Shown piece after piece: positions 39,200-52,810 of a DNA stretch of 64,000 bases (position 1 is its first letter; each line of letters begins with the position of its first letter). The notes beneath the pieces are model-generated. The model was not told the origin of the DNA, ran no database searches, and saw only the letters and a list, made by a program, of their open reading frames with translations. The position numbers were made by a program, and so were the translations under genes. The stretch comes from Eledone cirrhosa (taxonomy: Eukaryota): assembly GCA_964016885.1 (NCBI GenBank), contig OZ024744.1, forward strand, positions 56,234,001 through 56,298,000, in the 5' to 3' direction.

Positions 39200-40543
39200 T
39201 CTATCTATCTAAGGTGGGTAAAATTCCTGAGATCCATGGACGAGTTCTCTCCAGCGGTCTCTGTCCCTCATTATTGCTGCCATGTCCTGCATCTCCAACA
39301 GACCAGTGTCTGTCCTTAGGGCATCAACATACGTTAACCTTGGTCTTCCTCTTCTAGTGTGTCCATGTAGGGGCTCCCAAAGGAGCACTGAGTGCAATGT
39401 CAACTCTGGATGTTGGTGAGCATGTCCAGCCAACCTCAGTCTCCTCTGTGTCACTTTTGAGCTGACTCTTGGGATGCTCCCATACAGCTCTGAGTTTTTC
39501 ATCCTCAGTGTATACTGATTAATGTTCAGAGCCATCCTCAGCATTCTCGTGTAGCACCCATCCACCATCTGAGTGAGTTTCTTGGTCAGTGTCCAAGTCT
39601 CAGACCCATACAGCAGCACAGACTCCACTACAGCAATGAAGAGGCGGATTTTCAGGTCTTTACGAAGGTCCGACTTCCACACCGATCTCAAGCTGTGGCA
39701 TGCCGCCCAGGCCTTGCTCTTCCTCTCAACCACATCATCTTCCGTATTCCCAATCCTTGCTCCCAAATACAGGAAGTCCTCAACCAATTCCAGCGGCTTC
39801 CCGCCTACATTAGTGATCCCCTCTGGCTTCTCAACATTCTCTACCAGATATTTTGTTTTAGTCTCATTCATTCTCAGCCCCACACCCATCGACACAGTCT
39901 CAACCTCCCGCATCAAATCCTCTGCCTCCTTCACTGTATTTGTCACCAAAACTATGTCGTCGGCAAATTCAGCATCCGATACCTTTTTCGCCCTAACACT
40001 CCTGCTCTGAGCCGGTGCTACAGTAAAGCCAGAGTCCTGGTTTTTCTCCAGTACAAGGCGCATACAATAGTCCACTACGATGATAAAAAGATAGGGAGCC
40101 AATGTATCTCCCTGGAGCACTCCAGCCAGTATCTCAAAGAACTCTGTCATCCCATCAGGTGTAATGACTTGGGCCTTGGTGTTGGTGTAGAGCAGTGATA
40201 TCAGGTCCACTATCCTCTTGGGGATTCCATAAGCCTGTAAGATCTTCATCAGGCAGTAACGGTCCACAGAATCAAAGGCCTTCCTAAAGTCAATGAAAAC
40301 CATGACCGCAGGAAGGCACTTTGCTCTAGCTCCCTCTAATATCCTCCTCAGCATCAGGATGTGACTGGTGGTTGATGTTCCCTCTCTGTAGCCGTTCTGG
40401 TTGTCCCTGAGCTTCTTCTCCATCTCAGGCTGGATCCTGTTAAGAATCATCCTGTTGAGGGTCTTTGCCACAAGTGACATCAGTGAGATCCCCGGTAGTT
40501 GTTGGTGTTAGAGAGATCTCCCTTCTTTGGCACTGGGACGATG
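39200..40543 (-). mobile_element. RTE-like LINE family C, 5'-truncated, with an uninterrupted 423-aa RT/thumb frame
   Basis: FIDFRKAFDSV, GVLQGDTLAPYLF, FADD, GLRMNETKT, FLYLG, RRLRLAGH, RGRP. (TAGA)n tail. Possible TAACATA TSD. Confidence 0.95.
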
Positions 40544-40789
40544 TAACATAATATAATATAATATATTATAATATAATATATTATAATATAATATAATATA
40601 TTAAATTATAATATAATAAATATAATATAATATAATATAATATAATATAATAAATATATAATATAATATAATATAATATAATAAATATAATATAATATAA
40701 TATAATAAATATAATAAATATAATATAATATAATATAATATAATATAATAAATATAATATAATAAATATAATATAATATAATATAATAT

Positions 40790-40977
40790 AATTATTTCTA
40801 CTTTAGGCACAAAGCCAGCAATTACCCAGTGCATTACTGGTACTTTGTTTTATCGACCCCGTAAGGATGAAAGGCAAAGTTAACCTCGGCGGGATTTGAA
40901 CTCAGACCGTAAATGGACGTAACTATACTGGAAAGCATGGTGTCCGAATCTCTACCGATACTGCCAATCCACCACCG
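40790..40977 (-). mobile_element. SINE S1 in array
   Basis: Full-length match. Confidence 0.92.
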
Positions 40978-41355
40978 CTATAATATAATATAATATAATA
41001 TAATATAATAAATATAATAAATATAATATAATAAATATAATATAATATAATATAATATAATATAATATAATATAATATAATATATTATAATATAATATAA
41101 TATAATATAATATAATATAATAAATATAATATAATATAATATAATATAATAAATATAATATAATATAATAAATATAATATAATAAATATAATATAATATA
41201 ATGTAATATAATATAATATATTATAATATAATATAATAAATATAATAAAATTAATATAATATAATATAATATAATATAATATAATATAATATAATAAATA
41301 TAATATAATATAATATAATATAATATAATAAATATAATATAATATAATATAATAT

Positions 41356-41540
41356 AATTGTTTCTACTTTAGGCACAAGGCCAGCAATTACCCAGTGCAT
41401 TACTGGTACTTTATTTTATCGACCCCGTAAGGATGAAAGGCAAAGTGAACCTCAGCGGGATTTGAAATCAGATCATAAAGGGACGTAACTATGCTGGAAA
41501 ACATGGCGTCGGACCCTCTACCGATACTGCCAATCCACCG
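41356..41540 (-). mobile_element. SINE S1 in array
   Basis: Near full-length match. Confidence 0.92.
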
Positions 41541-43116
41541 TATAATATAATATAATATAATATAATATAATATAATATAATATAATGTAATATAATATAA
41601 TATAAGATAATATAATTTAATAAATATAATATAATATAATATAATATAATATAATATAATATAATAAATATAATATAATATAATATAATGTAATATAATA
41701 TAATATTATATAATAAATATAATATAATATAATATAATATAATATAATATAATATAATAAATATAATATAATATAATATAATATAATATAATAAATATAA
41801 TATAATATAATAAATATAATATAATATAATATAATATATTAAAATGTAATATAATATAATATAATATAATATAATATAATATAATAAATATAATATAATA
41901 TAATATAATATATTAAAATGTAATATAATATAATATAATATAATATAATATAATATAATATAATATAATATAATGTAATATAATATAATATAAGATAATA
42001 TAATTTAATAAATATAATATAATATAATATAATATAATATAATATAATATAATAAATATAATATAATATAATATAATATAATATAATATAATATTATATA
42101 ATAAATATAATATAATATAATATAATATAATATAATATAATATAATATAATATAATAAATATAATATAATATAATATAATAAATATAATATAATATAATA
42201 AATATAATATAATATAATATAATATATTAAAATGTAATATAATATAATATAATATAATATAATATAATATAATATAATATAATATAATATAATATAATAA
42301 ATATAATAAATATAATATAATATAATATAATATAATATAATATGATATAATATAATAAATGTAATAAATATAATATAATATAATAAATATAATATAATAA
42401 ATATAATATAATATAATAAATATAATATAATATAATAAATATAATATAATATAATATAATATAATATAATATAATATAATATAATATAATATATTATAAT
42501 ATAATATAATATAATATAATATAATATAATATAATAAATACAATATAATATAATATAATAAATATAATATAATATAATAAATATAATATAATAAATATTA
42601 TATAATATAATATAATGTAATATAATATAATATATTATAATATAATATAATAAATACAATAAAAATAATATAATATAATATAATATAATATAATATAATA
42701 TAATATAATATAATATAATATAATAAATATAATATAATATAATATAATATAATATAATATAATATAATATAATATAATATAATTTAATAAATATAATATA
42801 ATTTAATATAATATAATATATTATAATAAATATAATATAATATAATATAATATAATATAATATTATATAATAAATATAATATAATATAATATAATATAAT
42901 ATAATATATAATAAATATAATATAATATAATATAATATAATATAATATAATATAATATAATATAATATAATATAATATAACATAATATAATATAATATAA
43001 TTTAATATAATATAATATAATTTAATATAATATAATATAATATAATAAATATAATATAATATAATATTATATAATAAATATAATATAATATAATATAATA
43101 TAATATAATATAATAT

Positions 43117-43304
43117 AATTGTTTCTCCTTTTGGCACAAGGCCAGCAATTAACCCAGTGTATTACTGGTACTTTATTTTATCGACCCCGTAAGGATGAAA
43201 GGCAAGGTTAACCTCGGCGGGATTTGAACTCAGACCTTTAAGGGCCGTAACTCTTTGCTGGAAAGCATGGCGTCCGACCCTCTACCGATACTCCCAATCC
43301 ACCG
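43117..43304 (-). mobile_element. SINE S1 in array
   Basis: Near full-length match. Confidence 0.92.
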
Positions 43305-43385
43305 TATAATATAATATAATATAATATAATATAATAAATATAATAAATATAATATAATATAATATAATATAATATAATAAGTATA

Positions 43386-45837
43386 TTAGTTCTTTCTAGT
43401 TAGGCAGCGAGACAGGCAGATAGTGTCTAATACCAAGGCATACCCTGGGGAAGAATGTACCCCACAGCATAGGTTAATCGTTAGTGATATCTCAGTAAGC
43501 AAGAGATGGAATGAGACATACAGGAAGGTGTGGAGAAGAAAGGTCTGGAAGCTAAAGGACCTTTCACTAAAATACAAATTTAGGAAAGGCCTTCAAGATG
43601 TATATGACGAAAAAGAAGTCGATTTAGAGACGTATGACATAGATAATAACTGGAATTTCTTACGTGACAACTTGCTGCAGGCTACTGATGAAACTTGTGA
43701 CTGGAGCAGAGCTCCAACCAGACAGAGAGTGACCTGGTGGTGGAACAGCACAGTAGATAAGGCCATTAGAGACAAAAGACTAGCATGGAGAGCTTGGAAA
43801 AAGGGTGGGATTAGGGAAGAATATACAGCCATTAATAGAGAAGCTAGACGTCAGGTGTACTTAGCAAGCAGGGAGGCGGAGAGTAGCAGGTTTGCCAATG
43901 TTCTGCGACGCGAAGATCAGAGGCATGCGGTGTTCCACATTGCAAGGCAGTGTGTCAATGCAAATCAGGATGTTGTTGGAGATAAATGTGTCCGGGATGA
44001 TGCCGGTGTACTTAGTGTCACGAATGATCAGAAAAAGGAGGCCTGGAAATGTCATTATGAGAGACTGATGAATGTGGAGAATGAATGGGAGAGAGAGTAA
44101 TTACCCTTAGTAGATCCGACAGAGGGAGCAGCTATTGAGATTGATGAATATAGGGTCCAAGAGGCGATTAGGGAAATGAAAAATGGTAAGGCTGCTGGAC
44201 CGTCGGGAATAGTTGCTGAGATGCTGAAGGCATCAGGGGACGTAGGCACTAAACTGGTTGCACGCATCATCAATCAGGCTATATATGGTGGTTTCATACC
44301 CAAAGACTGGTGCAGCAGTATTCTCATAAATTGCTACAAAGGTAAAGGGGATGCTCTGGAGAGGAGCAATTATAGCGGTATAAAACTGATGGATCAGGTT
44401 ATGAAAGTGGCAGAAAGGATATTAGCACAACTAATTAGAGAAAGGGTCAAACTAGATGAGATGCAGTTTGGTTTTGTGCATGGGAAGAGTACAACAGATG
44501 CCCTCTTCTTTGTGAGACAATTGCAAGAGAGGTTCTTAGAGAAAAAATAAACCACTATACTTAGCCTTTGTTGACCTAGAGAAGGCCTTTGATAGGGTAC
44601 CCCGATCTGTCATCTGGTGGCCCCTAAGGAAGCTAGGTGTAGATGAATGGCTTGTGAGGACAATGCAAACTTTGTACAGAGGTACTCTCAGTAAAGTCAG
44701 GGTAGGAATGGAGTTTAGTGAGGAATTCCAGATACAAGAAGGAGTACATCAAGGTTCGGTCCTCAGCCCGCTCTTGTTCATTATAGTCCTCCAAGCCATA
44801 ACAGAGGAGTTTAAGACTAGCTATCCATGGGAACTTCTCTATGCTGACGATCTGGTTCTTATAGCAGAATCAGTAGAGGAGCTAGAGAATAAAATCTGGC
44901 TATGGAAACAGCAGTTGGAAGCAAGAGGACTGAGAGTGAACCTAGCTAAGACAAAAGTGTTGATGAGTAGAAAAGAGGACAAAACCCTGATTCCGTCAGG
45001 GAAATGGCCATGTTCGATATGCAGAAATGGAACTGGCATAAATTCTATAAAATGCACACAATGCAGATCCTAGGTACACAAGAGATGTAGCAGGATAGCA
45101 GGCAAGCTAACAGGTAGGGAGAAATATGTATGCAGTAAATGTACAGGGAAATTAGTCAGTAGAAGTCGTATTTTGATAGACACATTTTTCAGATGCAGGA
45201 GAGCACTATAGAAGTGGTGGATAGCTTCTGGTACCTAGGAGATCAGATTAGCATGGGAGGAGGGTGTTCCGAGGCCATAGTATCTAGAGTAAGGATGGGT
45301 TGGAAGAAGTTTAGGGAGCTGCTTCCTCTGTTAACGAAGGGTTTCTCCCCGCGTACGAAAGGCCGGTTGTATGATGCCTGTGTGAGGAGCACAATGCTGC
45401 ATGGTTGTGAGACATGGGCAGCAACTGCAGAGGATATGCGACGGCTGAAGAGAAATGAGGCAAGCATGCTCCGTTGGATGTGCAGTGTAAATGTGCGTGA
45501 ACGACCCAGCATAAATGTGTTAAGAGAGAAACTGTGTCTGAGAGGGATAGAATGTAGTGTACAGGAGAGAAGACTGAGGTGGTATGGACATGTGATGCGC
45601 ATGGAGGATGACCGATGGGTGAAGAAGTGGCAAGAAATGCCAGTTGAAGGAAGACGTAGTAGAGGTAGGCCACGGAAAACATGGGCGGAGGTGGTGAGAA
45701 CAGACCTCAGATCATTGAAGCTCACAGTGGAGATGACGAAGGACCGTGACGAGTGGAGAGATGCTGTGCTGAATAAGACCCGTCCCACCCTTGCAAGCAG
45801 GGAAAAGCAGACGTAAAATGATGATGATGATGATGAT
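43386..45837 (+). mobile_element. RTE-clade LINE family A, longer 5'-truncated pseudogene (end of APE, linker, RT, PHD-type finger, C-terminus)
   Basis: PQHRLIV (end of APE), TWWWN, MKNGKAAGPSGI, YKGKGD..NYSGIKL, QFGF, QGSVLSPLLF, YADD. Several stops and frameshifts. (GAT)n tail. Confidence 0.95.
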
Positions 45838-46740
45838 AATATAATATAATATAATATAATATAGTATAATATAATAAATATAATATAATAAATATATAAT
45901 ATAATATAATAAATATAATATAATATAATATAATATAATATAATAAATATAATATAATATAATATAATAAATATAATATAATATAATATAATATAATATA
46001 ATATAATATAATATAATATAATATAATATAATATAATAAATATAATATAATATAATATAATATAATAAATATAATATAATATAATATAATATAATATAAT
46101 ATAATATAATATAATAAATATAATATAATATAATATAATATAATATAATATAATATAATAAATATAATATAATAAATATAATAAATATAATATAATATAA
46201 TATAATAAATATAATATAATATAATATAATATAATATAATATAATATAATATAATTAATAATATAATATATAATAGAATATAATATAATATAATATAATA
46301 TAGTATAATATAATATAATATATAATATAATATAATATAATATAATATAATATAATATAATATAATATAATATAGTATAATATAATAATATAATATAATA
46401 TAATATAATATAATATAATATAATATAATATAATATAATATAATAAATATAATATAATATAATATAATATAATATAATATAATAAATATAATAAATATAA
46501 TATAATATAATATAATATAATATAATATAATATAATATAATATAATATAATATAATATAATATAATAATATAATAAATATAATATAATATAATATAATAT
46601 AATAAATATAATAAATATAATATAATATAATATAATATAATATAATATAATATAATATAATATAATAATATAATATAATATAATATAATATAATATAATA
46701 TAATATAATATAATATAATATAATATAATATAATATAGAC

Positions 46741-46926
46741 GGCGGTGGATTGGCAGTATCGGTAGAGGGTCGGACGCCATGCTTTCCAGCATAGTTACGT
46801 CCCTTTACGATCTGAGTTCAAATCCCGCCGAGGTTGACTTTGCCTTTCATCCTTACGGGGTCGATAAAATAAAGTACCAGTAATGAACTGGGTAATTGCT
46901 GGCCTTGTGCCTAAAGTAGAAACAAA
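46741..46926 (+). mobile_element. SINE S1, the only plus-strand copy in the array, near consensus
   Basis: GGCGGTGGATTGGCAG...CCTAAAGTAGAAACAA. Confidence 0.93.
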
Positions 46927-46975
46927 TATAATATAATATAATATAATAAATATAATATAATATAATATATAATAT

Positions 46976-47400
46976 AATTGTTTCTACTTTTGGCACAAGG
47001 CCAGCAATTACCCAGTGCATTACTGGTACTTTATTTTATCGACCCCGTAAGGATGAAAGGCAAAGTTAACTGAAACCGTAAAGGGGCGTAACTATGCTAG
47101 GAAGCAGGACGTACAACCCTCAACTGATACTGCCAATTCACCGATAATATAATGTAATATAATATAATATAATATAATGTAATATAATATAATATAATAT
47201 AGTATAATATAATCGTTTCTACTTTTGGCACAAGGCCAGCAATTACACAGTGCATTACTGGTACTATATTTTATCGACCCCGTAAGGATGAAAGGTAAAG
47301 TTAATCTCGGAGGGATTTGAACTCAGAATAGAAAGAGCCGTAACTCTATGCGTCAACGCATGGTGTCCGACACCCTACCGATACTACCAATCCACCGCCC
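46976..47400 (-). mobile_element. Two SINE S1 copies (46976-47143 internally deleted; 47211-47400)
   Basis: Reverse-complement matches. Confidence 0.9.
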
Positions 47401-47933
47401 TAATATAATATAATATAATATAGTATAATATAATATAATATAATGTAATATAATATAATGTAATATAGTATAATATAGTATAATATGATATAATATAAAA
47501 TAATATAGTATAATATAATATAGTATAATATAATATAATATAATGTAATATAATATAATATAATATAATATAGTATAATATAATATAATGTAATGTAATG
47601 TAATATAATATAATATAATATAGTATAATATAATATAGTATAATATAATATAATATAGAATATAATACATAATATAATATAATATATTATAATGTAATAC
47701 AATGTAATATAATGTAATATTATATAATATAATATAGTATAATATAATATAATATATAATATAATATAATATAGTATAGTATAATATAATATAATATATT
47801 ATAGTATAGTATAGTATAATATACCATAATATAATATAATATAATATAATATAAAATAATATAATGTAATATAATATAGTATAATATAATATAACATAAT
47901 ATAATATAATATAATATATTATAATATAATATA

Positions 47934-48302
47934 ATTATTTCTACTTTTGGCACATGGCCAGCAATTATCTCAGTATATTACTGGTACTTTATTTTATCGA
48001 CCCCGTAAGGATGAAAGGCTAAGTTAACCTCGGCGGGATTTGAACTCAGACCCTAAAGGGCCGTTACTCTTTGCTGCAAAGCATGGCGTCTGACCCTCTG
48101 CCGATACTACCAATCCACAATACGATATAATATAATTGTTTATAATTTTGGCACATGGCCAGCAATTACCTCAGTGCATTACTGGTGCTTTATTTTATCA
48201 ACCTCCATAAGGATGAAAGGCAAAGTTAACCTTGGCAGATTTGAACTCAGAACTGTAAAGCATGGTGTTTGACGCTCTACTGATCCTGCCAAACCACCGC
48301 CC
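47934..48302 (-). mobile_element. Two tandem SINE S1 copies (47934-48118; 48134-48302)
   Basis: Reverse-complement matches separated by ~15 bp of satellite. Confidence 0.9.
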
Positions 48303-48383
48303 TATATACTATATAATATAATATAATACAATATAATATAATACAATATAATATAATATAATATAATATAATATAATATAATA

Positions 48384-48787
48384 TTGTTAATCATCTTGCC
48401 AACAACAACCCTGAGTACCTTTTTGATTTCCTTGTGTCTAACACATGTGGGCATGCCCACAAAATCAGAAAACAGCACAGTTCCCATGACTTTCGGAAAC
48501 ATTTTTTCACGCTCAGAGTTGCTGAAGCATGGAACAAACTACCTGCATCAGTTGTTAGCTGTCGAGACACTGCATCCTTTAAGGCCTCCATGCTTCCCGA
48601 GATCCGCCAACACTACAGCTAATGTTCCCCCTCCATACACATACACATACACACATGTATATCATGACTCATACACTATTCACTTCCCTGACATTTGTGT
48701 ATTATTCTATGTACTATACATACACCTTTGACGAGTTGTAGTGCACCTGAGCACTTTACACAATAATTTCATTATTACTATTATTAA
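48384..48787 (+). mobile_element. CR1/L2-group LINE 3' fragment
   Basis: TCGHAHKI...RKHFFTLRVAEAWNKLPASVV...SFK is the typical CR1-group ORF2 C-terminus. The 3' UTR ends in (ATT)n. Confidence 0.85.
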
Positions 48788-49285
48788 TATAATATAATAT
48801 GGGCTGAAAATTATACATTTACAAATATGGACATGAACTGGAAAAAGAATATTAACAAAACTGTAATTGTAAATGTACTACTTGAATTGTCACATCCTTT
48901 TCTTTCTTTATGTGCATATCTTTTTCCATCACCCCTGTTTGTTTACATTATTTTAAATTCTCATGCTGTTCAATCATATATTCCCTTAGTCTATTTATGT
49001 TTTTTTATACTTATAAATATATATATGTAGATGCCGAGTAAAATCGGCAGAGGGGTGGGTGGGGCAACCACAGTAAAAAAAAGGTACTCAATACATTAGA
49101 AATTACTTGTACAGGGCTAGAACTTTTTCATTCCTATGAAATCATCTGCTATGTCCCTGACATATAAGGTAGAATTTTGGTTCAATAATACAAACTATCA
49201 ATAATTGTACAGCAACTAAATTTAATTAAGTGTAAACTAATAACCAATAATAATGTCACTCATCCAATGAGGTTATTGAACAGAG

Positions 49286-51630
49286 TGTGACAAAAGGAAA
49301 CAATGAAAAATTCCCAATAGGGGGGAGACCTCCGAGAGTTGCTCGTGGAGAAAGCCACAAGAAAAGCCATGATTACCCTGACCACTAGAGCAAATGCCTA
49401 CAATGCTACAGGCACACGCTCAGGGTAGACTCATTCACACGGGCCATTTTTGCCTCTCTCACCCACCTTTCAACAAACTGGCTTCCCTCTCCACCCTGAT
49501 TTTCCTCTTCAGGTGAAACCTGAAAAAGTTAATGAGGGGGTCACCGAAGAGGAAAGTACCGGTCCTCAACCCTTTCAGACGTGTCCACCATACTATCTCT
49601 TTTACCATGGCCATCAGGCAGATAAAAACTGCCTGGCCTTCTCGGCTAAAGGAAGGCAGCGGGGCAATCTTCACGATGGACTCAGCTGATAGCCAGATCC
49701 GTTCTACACATGACAGCAGGTGTTCGGCATAAACCCACAAATCAGTAATGCTCGGACACTGGACGAGTGCGTGCAGGACAGTTTCATCGCCCTGTGCACA
49801 TCTCAGACAGACTCGGCTGACGGCACTTCCATGCCTGTAGAGTCTATCCCGAACTGGCAAGGCTCCTCGGTAGCACTGCCAGGCCAAGGATTTCTGGAAG
49901 TTGTCCATGGGCCCCAGCCCGAAAGTTCTCCCGAAGAGATTGGCTAGTTGGTTTTTGTCAACACCTAGAGTCTTCCCAAGGACGTCGTTGCTCTTTCCTT
50001 CCACTAATCCTCTATAGAAAGCCAAAGTGGAGTTTCCAGTGATTGTATTGCTCGACTGGTTGAGGGCTGCAAGCGCCTGAAGACATTCTAGTCTCCAAGC
50101 GCTTCCTCTCGGTCTTTGCTTGACCCAGGACTGCAGCTCCGCAAAGGAGACAAGCTGGGGAAACATGTGTCTAGCAAAGGGCAACCACACCTGATCACCG
50201 TCAAGGAAGAGGTGGAAATACCGTAGCCTGAGCGCGTGTCTGCACATCATCAGCCACAGCATGTCCAGCCCTCCACATAGCGGGTGTTAACAGCAGATGG
50301 ACTGTCTGACCATCAGAGCACGGCCCTTCCACAGAAAGCGAAAGAGCAAACGCTCCGGTGCAGTCAGGCGAGGCTTAGGACAAGGCATGACAGTCAGGCG
50401 GTAGTAGATAACAGGCGCGATGTATGCATTTGCCACCTCCGCTCGACCTTTCAGGGATAGCTTCCTCTCAGCCCATTTCTGGGTGAGAGAAAACACCTTG
50501 CTCGTGATCTCCTCCCAGTTTTTGTCCGTCTGGAGGTCCGGACCGAACCAGACCCCTAGCAAAACCAGTGCCCGACGACGCTTTTGAGCGGCATGGTCCT
50601 TCCTCTCCAGGTGCCAAGTTGCAAGCCTACTGATTTTTCCTAGTTGATCATTGCTCCTGTCACTACCTCGTATTCTCTTAGTGTGGTGCCGATTGCCTCG
50701 ATGTGTTTGGTGTTCGACACCACTACGGTGATGTCATCTGCATATACTGACACTGTTCTTCAGCATCCTAGTTCATGTGGGATCCCCCTCAATGTCTCCA
50801 GTTTGTGCAGTAATGGCTCAAAAGTCAATACGTACAAGGATGAGAGAGGATATCCATGGTAGGCCGAGCGCATGATGTTGAACGGTTCCGAAAGGTGACT
50901 GTTCACTCTCACCACAGAGCAGATGTCGCTGTGCATGGCAGCGATCCAGCCTCTGAAGACGGGCCTAAAGCCAACCGCCCTCAGGACTGCCGCCAGATAA
51001 CGATGGTCGACCCTATCGAAAGCTTTTGACTGATCTAAATTGATCAAGGACCCACTCGTGCCAGGTTTCCTAGCTACCCTCTCCACGATGTATCACATGA
51101 GGTGGAGGTTGTCGTGGATGGATCTGTCTGGAATGGCGCATGTCTGCGCCTCTCCCACCAGACCACCAACGACAAGAGCCAACCTCTTTGCTAGCACCTT
51201 AGCCAAAATCTTGAAGTCTGTGTTTAGCAGAGTTATGGGCCTAAAATTATCTATGTTATCCCCCTTGTTCGGATCCTTTCTCAGCAGCGCCACCGCTCCT
51301 CGGCTCACAGAGCTGGGAATTCTCCCGTTCTGCTGCCTGTTGCAGTAGACGTCTGCCAAGAGGTCTTCGAACAAGTCTGGCATATGTATATAAAATTCGT
51401 AGGGCAGACCATCCAAACCAGGCGATTTACCCATTGTGCAGCCAGTAATTGCCTCCTGTGCTTCAGCAGCTGTTATCGGCCTTTCGCAACACTCCACCTC
51501 AGTGGCCGAGAGCCGCGGCAGTCCGTCGAGATAGGCACTGAAGTCCATTCCGCGATGCAGCTCGCCATTGCCCCCAAACAGCTGAGCAAAGTGCTGCTGA
51601 AAAGTCGCACACATCTGCCCGGGATCGAGT
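49286..51630 (-). mobile_element. Tx1/L1-clade LINE ORF2 pseudogene (RT plus C-terminal Cys/His knuckle)
   Basis: KSPGLDGLPYEFY, NFRPITLLNTDFKILAKVLA, LDQSKAFDRVDH, YADD (~50735-50746), LGVWFG, LSLKGR, CLRC..ETVLH..C. Multiple frameshifts. Confidence 0.92.
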
Positions 51631-51659
51631 ATCAATAATAATAAAAATAATAATAACAA

Positions 51660-51815
51660 TCAGCCCCGCTTTTTGGAACACTTCAAAAGGCATGCTTGCT
51701 GGGAACAGCAAGAACCCTCCGATACGTTCTGAATATCTGAGGCTGCAGGTAGCGGCTTGATATTCATTTTAACAAACTTTCCAGTTAAATAACATCAATG
51801 ACTGAGACTCAAAGA
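51660..51815 (+). mobile_element. R4/Dong-like element, extreme 3' fragment of a second family
   Basis: Translates ..GTLQKACLLGTARTLRYVLNI* (stop 51738-51740), homologous to IQKIVLMGTAHILRKILSI*. (TAA)n on both sides. Confidence 0.7.
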
Positions 51816-52203
51816 ACAATAATAATAATTATTATTATTATTATATACACTCAAGCCATTTAAAAAGTATAGCTGTATATTTAAATATATATGCATAGTT
51901 TATATTATTTATATATCTAATTAACACCAATATCGATATTTTGCTTCGGAGCCCCCTCCCCCAAATAGCACTACTATCCGGTTCATAAAAGAATTTAATT
52001 GAAATATGGGTAAATAAATGGTAATCACTTTTCAACCTAAACATAGAAAGCAAGTTAGTATACTTTTCTTTGTTTTTCAACATTTTTCTCCTCTTATGAT
52101 GTCTCAGAATATTTATTCAATAAAAATCTTGTAAATACAGCTAAACCTTTTTCATCAAAATAAGGATATACTTTATATTCCAAGGAATTACTCCCAAAAG
52201 ACT

Positions 52204-52382
52204 TTAACCCTTATGACACTAAACCACCCTTGGTTCTATGATATAATAATGTATATTTTGAAATGTTTATATCCATCTAAAAATCTTCCATCAAAATTTT
52301 ATGTTATGTTTTAAAAAAAGTTTTTTTTTTAAATAATGATTATTTTCAATAGAAACATGGTTATGAAATACGAATGGGTTAA
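52204..52382. mobile_element. piggyBac-like MITE
   Basis: TTAACCC ... GGGTTAA termini. Same family as the 14-kb copies. Confidence 0.6.
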
Positions 52383-52619
52383 TACATATACATCACATAT
52401 AACTTTTCTAGATAACAGTGTAAAAGCAACTAATAGATATATAACTGACCATCATCAGGATGGCATTACAGTGATTTTCCACACATAGCCAGTCAAACAG
52501 CAGAAATCAGAGTAGAGTAACCCCCACCAGTTCAATTCTAATTCCTTCACAAATGGTAAAAAGCAAACTAAATATAACGCAAGCAATAATAAGAATTTTG
52601 CCATAATAAGATTAGGATC

Positions 52620-52810
52620 CCCAGTTTACACAGCTGGCAAAAATAAGTTATGACTCTAATTCCAGTGACTAACCAGCCATGTCATACATTGTGCCATGTT
52701 GAATCTCCCTGAGAACTAAGTTAAGGGTACTCATGTGTGGAATACTCAGCCATTTGCATATTAATTTCATGAGCAGGTCAACCTATTAACCAAACAACTG
52801 GAACTGGTTA
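52620..52810 (+). mobile_element. SINE S2 body fragment
   Basis: Homologous to the reverse complement of 1320-1495. Confidence 0.6.

Larger units (their letters stand above)
18262..48383. repeat. ~30-kb (TAATA)n pentanucleotide satellite array with interspersed retroelements
   Basis: Direct reading. Frequent TAAA, TAATG, TGATA, TAACA and TAGTA variants. Confidence 0.98.

Noticed and set aside
36136-45788. Antisense ORFs overlapping the LINEs (e.g. 36538-37287, 39573-40010, 45243-45788)
   Set aside because: Shadow frames of RT coding sequence with no independent motifs.
18526-48302. CRISPR-like appearance of a recurring conserved unit separated by spacers
   Set aside because: Units are ~190-bp SINEs, spacing is irregular, the spacers are satellite, there are no cas genes, and the context is eukaryotic.
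18262-48383. Telomere or interstitial telomeric repeat
   Set aside because: No TTAGGG or TTAGG units, and ordinary sequence lies on both sides.
18250-48400. Dozens of long minus-strand ORFs of YYIIL/SYHII type (up to 464 aa)
   Set aside because: (TATTA)n has no stop codon in any frame, so these are translations of the satellite and not genes.
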